DNA of 64,000 nucleotides. Origin: Nitrospirota bacterium (GTDB taxonomy: Bacteria; Nitrospirota; UBA9217). The notes below the pieces were generated by a model that had not been told where the DNA came from, did no database searches, and saw nothing but the letters and a program-made list of their open reading frames with translations. The translations under genes and the position numbers were made by a program. Within the stretch, counting starts at the first letter, position 1; each line of letters begins with the position of its first letter. Location: contig CAWFSF010000006.1 in the NCBI GenBank assembly GCA_963818475.1, forward strand, positions 704,001 to 768,000. The letters are read 5' to 3'. This document shows, in pieces, positions 50,587 through 61,591 of the stretch.

Positions 50587-52245
50587 ATGGACATGACAGT
50601 ACAGCATTCATACAACAGACTGGTAACGCGCGGTGTCATTTCCCGCACTGCACTGGACCGGCTTATAGCGGAGGCGTCAGGCATCAGGCGCTGCGCTGGA
50701 AGACCTGCTTTTAAGAGCTGGTGTGCCAAAGCATGAGATCCTCTTCTGCCTTGCCGAGCAGTATGACTGTCCTTTTGTGGAATATGACGAGGGCGTCATC
50801 GTTTCCCAGCAGATCGTCCGGCGCATGGACATGGAGCGGTTGAAGCACGCGTCTCTGGCTTCCGCTCTCCATCTCGAAGGAGAAAGCCGAGGTCATTGCC
50901 TGCTCTCCCGGTGATCCCGGGGTATTGGAGGATATCCGCAGCACGCTGGGCGCCGACGAGGTCGCGTTCAAAGTGGCCCTTCCTTCCGATCTCATAAGGA
51001 TCATCGAACACAATCAGGACCTGAATCCCGGTTTCCCTCCCGCAGCCGGCAGAACGCCGCTCGCAAAGGTGCGGACCTTTCTTGCCAATGCGCGCTCCCA
51101 GTTCGCCTGCTACCGCACCTCGCTGGCAAAGGGGAGGACCGGGCTGGCCTTCTTGCGCACCGGGATCTCGTTCGTAACGACCGCGCTTTTGCTGTTCCGC
51201 GTCTTCGGGATGGGCTATCTCACCATTCTTGAAGCTTTGCTGTTCGCTGCCGGCGTCGGGATGGCGGTAGACGGCCTGCGATGGTATCTGCCTGCGCGGG
51301 CGACGGGAAAGAGCCTGCCCGAGTGTGCTTCTCCGGAACCGACCAACGGCACGAGCGTGCTCGCAGCCGGCTTTAAAGGCGATACTCCCGAATTTCACCG
51401 GACAGCAGAGGTCCCTGGTGCCGACACCCTTCGGCAGGGCTGGAACCGGCTTTCACCCGTGATGCGGCGACGATTCCTGGCGAGCGACCGGACCGATCTT
51501 GCCGAGGAACGGACAACGCTGGCATGCTTTCGGACGCTCATGGCGCGGGCACGGACGGGTCTTTCTTTTACCCGCACCGGCATAACGTTTATCGGTCTGG
51601 GCGTGGCTCTGGCGAGGCAACTCCCCGCAGGACCCTGGAGCGTCGTCGATGCTCTGTTCATCCTGGCCGGTGCGGCCATGGTGGCTGAGGGGTTCTTCTG
51701 GTATGTCCCCGGCCGAAGCGCAGGAGCAAAAGGTTTCGATTCAGTGAAGCGTTCCGAGGAAAAACCGCGCATCTGGGACTTTGTGTTTCCTCCTGCCTTC
51801 GCGCTTACTGCCATGAAACAGACGGCAGCAGGCCCTTCCCCTGGTCAGAGGTTTTTCCGAGCCCGGAATCTGGGCCACGACCGGCCTTGCGCTCGAGCGC
51901 ACGCTTCTTGCCGAACGGCGCAACGTGATGGCACGGCTCCGGACGATCATGGCGCGTTCCAGGACCGGGATGGCGATCATCAGGACAGGTATGAGCATCT
52001 CGGCTGTGGGGCTGGGGCTCCTGGTCTACTTCGGCGCTGCGAGCACGCTCTGGACTCTGTTCGATGCAGCCCTGCTGTTGGTTGGCCTGCTGCTCATCGT
52101 TGACGGGATCTACTGGTATCTGCCTGCTGAACGGGCGAGACAGCAGCTTCCCTACTGTTACGGAGAAATGGAAATTGCCATCCCCGATTACGGCGTTCCG
52201 GCCCGCTCCTGGGGCAAGGCGGTGTTCAGTCATGATGACCTATAG
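50587..52245 (+). CDS. GspE-N/MshEN-like domain plus three DUF202 modules (three apparent frameshifts)
   Basis: LVTRGVIS..LEDLL..GV...IL..LAEQY.CPFV..W.P...V.A..P.D; three (RT.LA..)n-RTG + two-TM modules each ending (D/E)G..WY.P; frame changes near 50690, 50850, 51835. Confidence 0.75.
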
Positions 52246-53449
52246 GATAACCTATGATGTAGATGCCGGGCCGCAAGCCGAGCAGTTCCTCATCCTGCTC
52301 GACTGGGGTGTGCTGACGCAGGAGGAATTCCGTTCTGCCGAGCGTGCGGCGGTCGCCCGGGGCATCGATTTCGAACAGGTCCTCATACGGGAATACGGTG
52401 TCCCGAAACAAACCCTGCTGGCAGCGCTTACCGAATACTATCGATGCCCCTCGATCGAATATGACGAACGGATGCCCGTTCCCGCAGAACTGCTGACCGG
52501 ACTCGACGGCGAACGGCTTTCACTGAACCAGTGGTTCCCGATCATCCACGACAAGAACACGGTCATCATCGCGGCTCGTGACCCCCAGAACCCGCTGCTG
52601 TACGAAGAGGTCCGGAAAGCGATCAAGGCGGAACGCTACGAGTTCCGGGTGGCGCTGGACGAGGACATTCAGTGGTTCATCCAGGACTACCTGCATGCAA
52701 AGCCGGGAACGCTGATCGGGACGGAGCGGACAGGCCTCGCGTACTGGCGCAACACCATGGCCCACTGGAGGACGCGGCTTGCCTGCTACCGGAACGATCT
52801 GGCAGAGGGCCGGACCGATCTCGCCTTCCTCCGCTGGGGGCTGGGGTTTGTCGCCCTGGCAGACGTGCTGCTCCGGTCGCAGACCGACGGTATGGCATGG
52901 GCATACTGGGCACTGAGCGCGGCCGGCACCGTGCTCGGGACCTTCGGCCTCCGGGGGTATCTGAAGGTGCGCAGGACGCGCATGAAGACGCCGGGCCAGC
53001 ATACGCTGGTGGAGGTGACCGCGGCGACACTGCAGTTCCTGGAGAAGTACCACGATCTGGACCAGTGCAGCATCGAACGAACGACAAAAGGGACCATGCT
53101 TGCGCGGCTCGGCGATTGCGTCGGCGGATACAGCACCATCCTCTCTCCCTCTCCGGCAAGCAGGGAACGGACCCATCTGGCACGCGAGCGGAACGTGCTG
53201 GCTGCCCAGCGGACCATCGCCGCCGCGTACCGGACCATTTATGCGCGGGCGCGGACCGGCCTCGCTTTTATCAGGACCGGCGTCGCTTTCACGGGTCTGG
53301 GGTTCGGACTCATGCATTATTTCGCCTTCAGTTGGTCAACGGCTTTTGACGTCCTGCTGATCGCGGCAGGGATCTTCATGGCTATTGACGGGCTGCTGTG
53401 GTATCTGCCGGTGCGGAAGGAACAGGCGGAGGTACCGCGGTGCGGATGA
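52232..53449 (+). CDS. GspE-N/MshEN-like domain plus two DUF202 modules
   Basis: LLDWGVLT..EQVLI..YGV...LLAAL.EYY.CP..WFPI...VIIAARDP; two (RT.LA..)n modules each with two TM helices; overlaps the upstream gene. Confidence 0.8.
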   Translation: MMTYRITYDVDAGPQAEQFLILLDWGVLTQEEFRSAERAAVARGIDFEQVLIREYGVPKQTLLAALTEYYRCPSIEYDERMPVPAELLTGLDGERLSLNQWFPIIHDKNTVIIAARDPQNPLLYEEVRKAIKAERYEFRVALDEDIQWFIQDYLHAKPGTLIGTERTGLAYWRNTMAHWRTRLACYRNDLAEGRTDLAFLRWGLGFVALADVLLRSQTDGMAWAYWALSAAGTVLGTFGLRGYLKVRRTRMKTPGQHTLVEVTAATLQFLEKYHDLDQCSIERTTKGTMLARLGDCVGGYSTILSPSPASRERTHLARERNVLAAQRTIAAAYRTIYARARTGLAFIRTGVAFTGLGFGLMHYFAFSWSTAFDVLLIAAGIFMAIDGLLWYLPVRKEQAEVPRCG

Positions 53450-53542
53450 CGCAAAAGGTTGTACCACGGTGGCTAGGCACAAGATAGAACGTATCGAACA
53501 GTTATGAACCTTTAGAAATCCGTGTTCTGCTAGTTATAGAAC

Positions 53543-54968
53543 ATGATCATGAAAATAGAAAACAAACTCATACTCTCGAACATCATGAACGGCGCGTTCA
53601 TCATCCTGATCGGCTTCTTCGCCTTTCAGAACATGAGCCTCGTGCTTACCAAGCTCAGGTTCGTCGAGATCGCCGACGATCTGAACGCATCTTTTCTCAC
53701 GATGCGACTGTCGGAAAAGAACTATTTTCTCTACCACGACCGCAAGGCGCTCGACGAGATACGGGAAAAGATCACGGACACGATGGACACGATCCAGGGC
53801 GAGAAGAAGGACATCATTCCGGCCATCGGCGAAACAGATCTCAAAAAGCTGGAATCGCTCCTGACGGCCTATTCCGATACGATCGAGGAAGCGCGGGACA
53901 AGAGGCAGCCTGATCCGGAACTGGAGGCGCGGATACGGGCGGCGGGAAAAAAGCTGAAGGAATATTCCGATTCCATAACCCAGCTCGAACGGAAACGGGT
54001 CAGCGATATCATCCTGAACTCGAAGCGGATACTGATCTTCTCGTTCTGGGCCATCCTGTTCTCCGCCTTGTTCATCGGGCATTTCATTTCCCAGAAGATC
54101 CTCAGGTCCTTGCGCGAGATCGAGAAACTGGCAAAGTCCATTTCCGGAGGGCAACTTCAACAAGATAGAAGGGTTCAGGTCCAATGACGAACTGGGCGCG
54201 GTCATCACGGCCATCAATTCCATGTCCGAGGAACTGGGCCATCGCGAGGAGGAGCTTATCCAGTCCAAGAAGCTGGCTTCGCTCGGCATCCTGACCGCGG
54301 GCGTGGCGCATGAGACTCACCAACCCGCTCAACAACATCTCCATGATCGCCCAGACCTACGCCGAGTTGTACGAGAAGCTGAGCGAACAGGACCGCATCG
54401 AGTTCATGAACAAGGTCGATGCGGAGACCGAGCGGATCCGGAAGATCGTGAAGAACCTGCTCGATTTTTCCAAACCCAAGGACGCTACGCCGAGCGAAGG
54501 GGACATCAATTCCGTTATCCAGAAGACGCTCACGCTCGTGCAGAACATGATCGATGTGTCGAACATCGAGACATCGATCCACCTCGCCGACGGTTTGCCC
54601 CATGTGTTCGTCGATGAGCATCAGATCCAGCAGGTCCTGGTGAACCTGGTGACCAATGCGGTCCAGGCCATGTCCACGGGCGGCAGGCTGGTCATTATCA
54701 ACGAGGATCGGGGAAGAACGGAGATTCCGTGGAGATAGGCGTTGCTGATACGGGCAAGGGCATCGCCCCCGAGTTCCTTCCCCATATCTTCGATCCCTTT
54801 TTCAGCACCAAAGGCGAAGGCGGCACCGGGCTCGGGCTTTCGGTCAGCTACGGGATCATCAGGAACCATCACGGAGAGATCAGGGTGGAGAGCAAGGTCG
54901 GCGTCGGCACGACGTTCACGATCGAGCTGCCCCGATACAAGAAAGAGGAGACGAACGATGAAGAGTAA
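53543..54968 (+). CDS. Membrane sensor histidine kinase with HAMP domain (three apparent frameshifts)
   Basis: Two TM, R..EKNYFLY, DELG, KLASLG.L.AGVAHE..NPL, QVLVNLV.NA, DTG.GI, IFDPFF.TK..GTGLGL. Confidence 0.9.
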
Positions 54969-55329
54969 CAGGATCATGGTCATTGACGATGAAAAGATCG
55001 TGGGCGACATGGCAAAATTGTCGCTGGAGCAGGAAGGCTATGTTGTGGAGACGTTCCTGAACGCCGAGCCTGCGCTGAAGCGACTGCAGGAGGAAAAATT
55101 TGACGTTGTCGTGACGGATTACAAGATGAAAGGCATCGACGGCATGGAGGTGCTCCGGACTGTGAAGGACCTCTATCCCACGACCCAGGTCATCATGATA
55201 ACCGCCTTTGCCAATCTCGATGCGGCCATCGAAGCGCTCAGGCGGGACGTTCACGATTTCTTCCCCAAGCCGGTCAAGATCAAGGAATTAAAAGCATCGA
55301 TCAAGCGTGCACTTGAAAAGCACGGATAG
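54958..55329 (+). CDS. Single-domain response regulator receiver
   Basis: IMVIDDE, VVTDYKM.GIDG, MITAF, KP. Confidence 0.92.
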   Translation: MKSNRIMVIDDEKIVGDMAKLSLEQEGYVVETFLNAEPALKRLQEEKFDVVVTDYKMKGIDGMEVLRTVKDLYPTTQVIMITAFANLDAAIEALRRDVHDFFPKPVKIKELKASIKRALEKHG

Positions 55330-55354
55330 GGCATGAAGCAGGATCGCCGTACAT

Positions 55355-57897
55355 ATGCGGGCATTGCTGCGCGCCCTCAAGCGGGGGCCACGAAACCGGG
55401 AGTCCTTTGAGCAGGTGTTCGGGAACTTCAGGGAGGTCCTCGACCGGAACAACCGTTCTCTCGAGATCATTACCGACATGGGCGATACGCTGGGCGGGGA
55501 TTATCTGTTCGATATCCAGTATGTGCGGAGGTCCTATGCCGAGCTGTACGCGGCAATGGGCGGGTCCCTCGAAAGCTTCACCCGACTGACGCAGGACCGT
55601 TATCCCCAGCTTGCGGAGGTGCTTGCGGGCATCGACGAACGGATCAGGCATGGCATCGAGGAGACCCTGCCCGAATCGAAGGAACTGGTCCTTCCCTATG
55701 ACCGGATCGCCAGCGACAGGCTGCGGGAGGTCGGCGGCAAGAACGCCAACCTGGCAGAGCTCAGGAACGTGTTAAAGTTCGAGGTTCCCGACGGATTCGC
55801 TATCACGACGGGTGCCTTCGATGCGTTCATGCGTCATAACCGTGTTTTTGAGAAGGCCGGACTTCCTGCTGAGAATGGCCCGATGTCCCGAAGCCATGCT
55901 CCGGGAAGTTGTATGAGCTGGTGCTGCACGGCGCCATGCCTCCTGTACTCAGCCGCGCCATCGAACAGGCCGTTCAAAAGATCAGATCGCAGTGCGCCGG
56001 ATGCAGCATCGCCGTTCGCAGCAGCGCAGGCGAAGAGGACGGGGAGTTCTCCTTCGCGGGCCAGTTCGATACGGTCCTGAACGTGCCGCTCGATGCGCGG
56101 GAGATCGAGAAAGCATACCGGAAGGTGATCGCCAGCCTCTTCTCCGGCAAGTCGTCCCTCTATCAGGCCCGGCTGGGCCTTCATCTCAAGGACATGAAAA
56201 TGGCCGTTGCATGCGTGGCCATGGTGGATGCCGAAGCGAGCGGGGTCATATATTCCCGCGATCCCGGCGGGGACCTGAACAGCATGGTCATAAGTTCCAC
56301 CTGGGGTCTGGGTGCTGCCATCGTCGAAGGACAGGCAGACGCCGATCTGTTCATTGTCAGCAGGGAGGGCGATCACGAATTGGTCGGAACGCGGATCGGT
56401 TCCAAAAGCTCCATGGTCGTGCCGGCCGTTGGTTATGGTGTGGTCACGATCGCCACGCCGGCTGATAAGCAAGAGCGGCCGAGCCTGCTTGCCGGGCAGG
56501 TTTCCGAGCTGGCCCGTCTGGCGCTGCGGGTAGAAAAACATTTCAGGAGACCGCAGGATATCGAGTGGGCCATCGACCGGCAGGGGCAGATCGTGCTTCT
56601 GCAGACGAGGCCGCTGCGGACGATCGAGGACAGGTTGCCTGCTGCAGCAGGGCACGTTGATCCTGCCCGCCAGGTCATTGCAAAGGACCTGGGCGTGGCC
56701 GTACAAAAAGGCGCTGCCGCAGGGAAGGTCTTTGTCCTGAAGAACGAACGCGAACTTGATGCCATCCCGCGGGGAGCCATACTGGTCGCGCGCCACGACT
56801 CCTCTCATTTCGTACGCGTCATGACCGAGGTGTCGGCCATCATCACCGATGCCGGGGCACCGACGAGCCACATGGCGGCATTATGCAGGGAATTCAGGAT
56901 CCCGACGGTGGTGAACGCGGTCACGGCAATGGAACTGCTCTCCACGGGGCAGGAAATTACGGTCGCGGTGAATGGCAACGGCGCAACGCTTTATGCGGGA
57001 GCGGACCAACGGCTCGCCGCGCGTGCCATGCGTGATGAGGCGTCCATGGAAGAGCTGTTCGAATTCCGCAAGAAGCGCTATTTGCTGCGCTATATCGCTC
57101 CACTCAACCTCATCGATCCGCTCCGGGATGAGTTCGCACCCGGCGCCTGCAGGACCATGCATGATATCCTGCGGTTCATCCATGAAAAGTCAGTCTCGTC
57201 TTTGATCGAATATGCCGAATATGGCGTGCACTCCGGCACGGTCAGGCTGGACCTGCCGATCCCTGCGGGGATCATGCTCATCGATATCGGGGGCGGACTG
57301 GTGAATCCCGCCCGCGCCGACCATATTCCTGCTGAGCAGGTCACCTCAGAGCCGCTTCGCGCGATCATAAGCGGCATGACCCATCCCGGGACCTGGCGTT
57401 CTGATGCCGTCCCGATGCAGGTCCAAGACTTCATGTCGAGCATGCTGCGCGTGCCGGACCTCATGTCGGATAGCCGCGGAGGGGTCGAAACGAACATGGC
57501 GGTCATCTCAAAAGAATATGTCCACATGAGCCTCAAGTTCGGCTACCATTTTATCGTGCTGGATTGCTTCTGCAGCACGAACGCCCGAAACAACCATGTA
57601 TTTTTCCGGTTCACCGGCGGAGCCACTGACATGTCCAAGCGATCACGGCGGCTTCAGCTGATCGCCCTGATCCTGGAGCAGTACGGTTTTAACATCGGAA
57701 CCAAGGGAGACCTGATCGTAGCCCGCCTTGCCAACATGCCGCAAGCAGAGATGCTTGCCGTTCTGGACCAGCTGGGCCGACTTATTTCCTTCACCCGACA
57801 GCTGGATGCCGTGCTGAACGATGACCACGCAGTGAAGCGCTACGCGCAGTCGTTCCTCGACGGGAACTATGTGTACGCCGGTTCTCCGCAACACTAG
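55355..57897 (+). CDS. PEP/pyruvate-binding (PPDK_N) plus phospho-His mobile domain protein, no TIM barrel (frameshift near 55900)
   Basis: VGGKNANLAEL, VPDGFAITT, AVRSSA.EED..SFAGQF.T.LNV, PQDIEWA, LQTRP, SHMA.LCREF.IP. Confidence 0.85.
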
Positions 57898-58085
57898 CAC
57901 CGGAGTTGCTCATTATCCATGATTCTGCCCGGTTGATGATACGCCCTTCTCACAATGGTGGCGACGTCGTAAGCATTCCCCGTGGTACTCACTCCAGGCT
58001 GAAGGAAAAACTCCTTCAGCTTTTTTTGTGATTGCACGGAACTGACAACCTGTGTTACTGTGGCCATGTTGCTTAAAAAATGGGG

Positions 58086-58293
58086 GTAACTATTCAGGTC
58101 AAAAGCAAGGCGTCTCCCGCAGAGTCGCAGAGGCGCAGGGAAGTCGTTAAACGGGGGAAGATCAATTTTTAACCTTTCGTTTGTGAAACAAGGATTATAT
58201 CCGTTGCCATCCCCGCGGCTCAGCGTCTCTGCGCGAAAAGGCTTTCAATTTTGACTTGTTGGAGCCAAATACAAAAACGAGCTGAATAGTTAC
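58086..58293. mobile_element. 208-bp MITE-like element enclosing a nonamer palindrome
   Basis: 12-bp perfect TIR GTAACTATTCAG / CTGAATAGTTAC; internal (CGCAGAG)n / (CTCTGCG)n. Confidence 0.65.
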
Positions 58294-58320
58294 AACGGGT
58301 ATGCGCAGATTGTTCAGTAT

Positions 58321-58628
58321 TAAACGGAGGCCGGGAATATCGATGTTCAAGCCTCTATCTTGCCGTGGGGCATTCAGCGCGTCGCGATACCTTTGCCATG
58401 CTCCATACCAAGGGCATTTTTCTCGAACAGAAGCCGATCTCTGTCGGCGTGCGGATTGAGCACCCGGTGGAGATTATAAATCTCATGCGTTATGGCGACA
58501 AATACAAGGACTACTCCGCCATCGGCGCTGCCACCTATTCTCTCAATTACACGGACCGAAAAATAAAGAGGGGCGTGTATACCTTCTGCATGTGTCCCGG
58601 CGGCGAGGTGATGAACCCTTCGTCAGAA
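58321..58628 (+). pseudogene. Internal fragment of a second allele of the FAD oxidoreductase at 17340-18915
   Basis: EYRCSSLYLAVGHSA..VYTFCMCPGGEVMN alignable to 18059-18362. Confidence 0.85.
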
Positions 58629-58889
58629 GAGAACCTCCCTCAGAACATGCTGTTTGTAATATTAGTCAGGTAAAAACTGATATTCCGCTTAATGCATATT
58701 AGTCAGCATTCAAATACTAATGACATCAACCAGTTAAGTCAGGTTTTTTTCTAAAAACATTGACCATAACGACAATCCATGCTACTGTATTTCGTCCCTA
58801 GAATAACTTGTTGGAATAAAACTTGCTCCAACCGGCAATTCGAGACGGGACAAGGCCGCTCGAATATTGGAAGGGAAAGAAACAACGGA

Positions 58890-59094
58890 GATAATAATTC
58901 GATTATTCCTTTACTCCTCGCTTTCATCGCCTTTTTGGGTTGCTCCAAATTTAAAGAAGGTGAATGCATTCAAAATACCGCTGATGGAACCATCTATCGC
59001 ATTACCGCTGTCCACTTCAGTGAATACACACCTTCAAGGGTGGTTCGGTGATAAATGGGGGATTCCTGTAAGCGGCTCGTTCGATGTTATTTGA
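58890..59094 (+). pseudogene. Broken small lipoprotein gene
   Basis: LLLAFIAFLGC lipobox, frame change near 59030, no clear start. Confidence 0.4.
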
Positions 59095-59147
59095 TTCGCG
59101 TTATGTAACGGTAACGTGTCCATATAGTGAGAAGACAATTAAATAAA

Positions 59148-59498
59148 ATGATTTCTGTAAATGATGTAAAGATGATAATTGTAGCATGGGCGAAAACCCT
59201 TCCTTTTAAAGTCAAGATCCATCTTTTCGGCTCTTTTCTGAAAGGAGATAAGATTCCTTCTGATATTGACATTTCTCTTGAATTTCTTGAACCTTTCTCG
59301 GAGGTAGAACGAACACTCCTTTGGATAAAACATCATAAAAACTGGGAAACGTATCTTTCAGAAAGATTCGGAATGAAGGCCGACCTTCAACTTTATGAAG
59401 CCGACAAAAATATTCCAAAGTACCTTGCATCATCTTCTTTATTGCTATTCGATTCACGGGTATCGGAAGCCGAATACGAAATAAATAAGTGCCAATGA
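59148..59498 (+). CDS. Minimal nucleotidyltransferase (MNT-like) cassette protein
   Basis: IHLFGS..KG...SDIDI. Confidence 0.75.
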   Translation: MISVNDVKMIIVAWAKTLPFKVKIHLFGSFLKGDKIPSDIDISLEFLEPFSEVERTLLWIKHHKNWETYLSERFGMKADLQLYEADKNIPKYLASSSLLLFDSRVSEAEYEINKCQ

Positions 59499-59564
59499 TT
59501 ATGCCAAGCTCATGCCCTGCATCAAAAAGTGCATATTTAACTAGTCGCATATCCTAAAAAAATA

Positions 59565-59624
59565 TTCCAACCAGAAGGTCGAGAGAGTCGGGGCTACGCC
59601 CCGCTCCTCACCTTCCTGTTGATC
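59565..59624 (+). other. attC site
   Basis: TTCCAAC-caGAAGGTCGAG...CTCACCTTC-ct-GTTGATC with one extra base in the left arm. Confidence 0.7.
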
Positions 59625-59668
59625 CATATTTAAAAGAGAAAAATTTATTCTGAAAGAAGTAATAGCCG

Positions 59669-60487
59669 ATGACCTTGACAAATGTAAGAAACTACGTAGT
59701 TGAACATTGGCCCATCTTGGTTACCTTTGGTGTTGGGATATCCGGCCTTATAGCCTTCCTAAGGAATCTTTACCAAATCAAAAATCTCCGACTTCAAAAT
59801 AAGAAGCTCACGAATGATAACCTCAACGATGAATCTACGATAAGCAGTGACGAGGAGCGGCCACCCCGCTATAAAAATACTCTTTCTGAGTTAGATATCT
59901 TGTACACTGATGTTGCTCGAAACAGCCTAACATTGTTGCCGCTTACAAAAAATCAATTTCTTAATCTGCTATCGATTGAGTTAAAAGCCACCCGTTGTTT
60001 TCTCAAATAGATTATGAGTCACTCCCTTTACCGTTAAAAGGAGGATACTTTGCGATTGTAACGAAAGCTAGCAATAAAATTACGTTGGAAACGATTTCAA
60101 AAAGTGCCGTTAAAAGAGAGCTATTTTGATGCTTGGTCGCAATTGTCGCAGTTATATTTTCAAGCTTACAGATTACCTTTTCGATCTAATCACAACATAC
60201 TGAGCAACGAGAACGAATTCAAGAGATCTTCTAAATTACTAAACCACCTTATTGTCTCTGCACAAAAATATATTAATCAGACAAGGGTGATAGATGATAA
60301 AAACGTGCGTATAGCCTGCCATGACTTAAAAACACGAGCGGCCGCTGCAAGCTTAAAAGCAGAATTCGAATATTTAAAATATATGGATTCGATGGATTCC
60401 TCTTTGCTAGGCAGTATCGCTGTTCAGATGGATATAATAGTTTCCTCTATACACAAAATTCTTGTTGAGTACAGCGTGCCGAAATGA
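59669..60487 (+). CDS. AT-rich hypothetical cassette gene, split into two ORFs (59669-60010, 60104-60487)
   Basis: N-terminal TM; starts 44 bp after attC; probably one interrupted gene. Confidence 0.45.
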
Positions 60488-60554
60488 TGCTCTTGTTGTG
60501 AAGCAGTTAGCATAATGGCAAATACTAATTCATGCAGTAGCATCAAAACGCGAA

Positions 60555-60986
60555 ATGGGTAAGCCAAAAAAAAGCATTTTGCTGGTTGATGACGAAGAGT
60601 CTATGTGTGATCTGATTAAAGCTTTTCTAGATAGCGATAGTCAAAGCGTTACAGTTGCGCATAATGGTGATGAAGCTCTTACTCTTTTTAAGAAACAATC
60701 ATTCGACCTAGTGATAACTGATGTTAGAATGCCAGGCATGGACGGAATTCAGCTGCTCGCTCAAATTAAAAAAATTGACTCGAAAATTGATGTGTTCATG
60801 CTTACTGCTTTTGGCGACATTAAAACGTACCAAGAAGCGATAAGCTTGGGGGCAGCAGAATACATTAATAAGCCAACAACTATAAATGAGATCAAGAGTC
60901 TTGTGCAAAATTATCTTAGTAGTTCAAGAAGTGCCTATATATCTCGGATAAAATCAAAAATTATTCGGTTTTGGCTTAAATTATGA
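60555..60986 (+). CDS. Response regulator receiver protein (cassette)
   Basis: ILLVDDE, ITDVRMPGMDG, MLTAFG, YINKP; AT-rich codon usage. Confidence 0.9.
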   Translation: MGKPKKSILLVDDEESMCDLIKAFLDSDSQSVTVAHNGDEALTLFKKQSFDLVITDVRMPGMDGIQLLAQIKKIDSKIDVFMLTAFGDIKTYQEAISLGAAEYINKPTTINEIKSLVQNYLSSSRSAYISRIKSKIIRFWLKL

Positions 60987-61018
60987 CTGTGTAATGAAAG
61001 TTTTATCATGCCATCTGA

Positions 61019-61078
61019 TTTTAACAGGCGCGTCCACATCGCCTCGCCAATAAGCGGCGAGTGACGCGCGTGTTAAAT
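61019..61078 (+). other. attC site (best conserved)
   Basis: TTTTAAC-agGCGCGTCCAC..GTGACGCGC-gt-GTTAAAT; complementary R boxes, extrahelical C. Confidence 0.85.
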
Positions 61079-61094
61079 GTCTAGGAGATACAAT

Positions 61095-61463
61095 ATGGAA
61101 GACAAGCTCCTAATAGCAATTGCAGGTGGATTTATTGGTGGTGTCCTTGGGGTAATTGGTACAATTGTCAGTTCTTATTTTGGCCCTAGAAAATTAGAAG
61201 AATGGCGAGAGAAAAGAAAAGCCGAAAAATGGGATGGACCAAGGAAACGTCTTCTGCTTAACATGTTGAATGGCCCGACCATGCAACTGCGGTCAATTGA
61301 AACTCTTTGCAGAGCTTCTGGTACCGAACCAGAAGAATGTCGGCGTCTGCTAATAGAAATTCAAGCAAGAGGTATCCGTCTTAAAGGAAATAGAGAAGGT
61401 TGGGTATTAATAAAAAATAGGCCGCTTGAACAATTAACTGAAGATGAAGAAGCTGCCATTTAA
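61095..61463 (+). CDS. Hypothetical membrane-anchored cassette protein
   Basis: RBS aggaga right after attC; stop TAA lies inside the next ATTTAAC box. Confidence 0.75.
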   Translation: MEDKLLIAIAGGFIGGVLGVIGTIVSSYFGPRKLEEWREKRKAEKWDGPRKRLLLNMLNGPTMQLRSIETLCRASGTEPEECRRLLIEIQARGIRLKGNREGWVLIKNRPLEQLTEDEEAAI

Positions 61464-61517
61464 CAATCGGGTCGAGGCCGACGCGCAAGAAACGCGCGTC
61501 TCACCCGCATGCTGTTC
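61458..61517 (+). other. attC site with degenerate R' box
   Basis: ATTTAAC-aatCGGGTCGAG...CTCACCCG-cat-GCT (GTT expected). Confidence 0.7.
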
Positions 61518-61591
61518 CAGCGGTTGGGAAGCGCCGCTGGAATGCCGGCGATAACTCGCTAATTGCCTTGAAACGTGGCTGAGAAACGCCG

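Noticed and set aside
50587-50780. Functional c-di-GMP-binding MshEN motif
   Set aside because: The fold pattern is present but the RLG signature is missing in both proteins, so binding cannot be claimed
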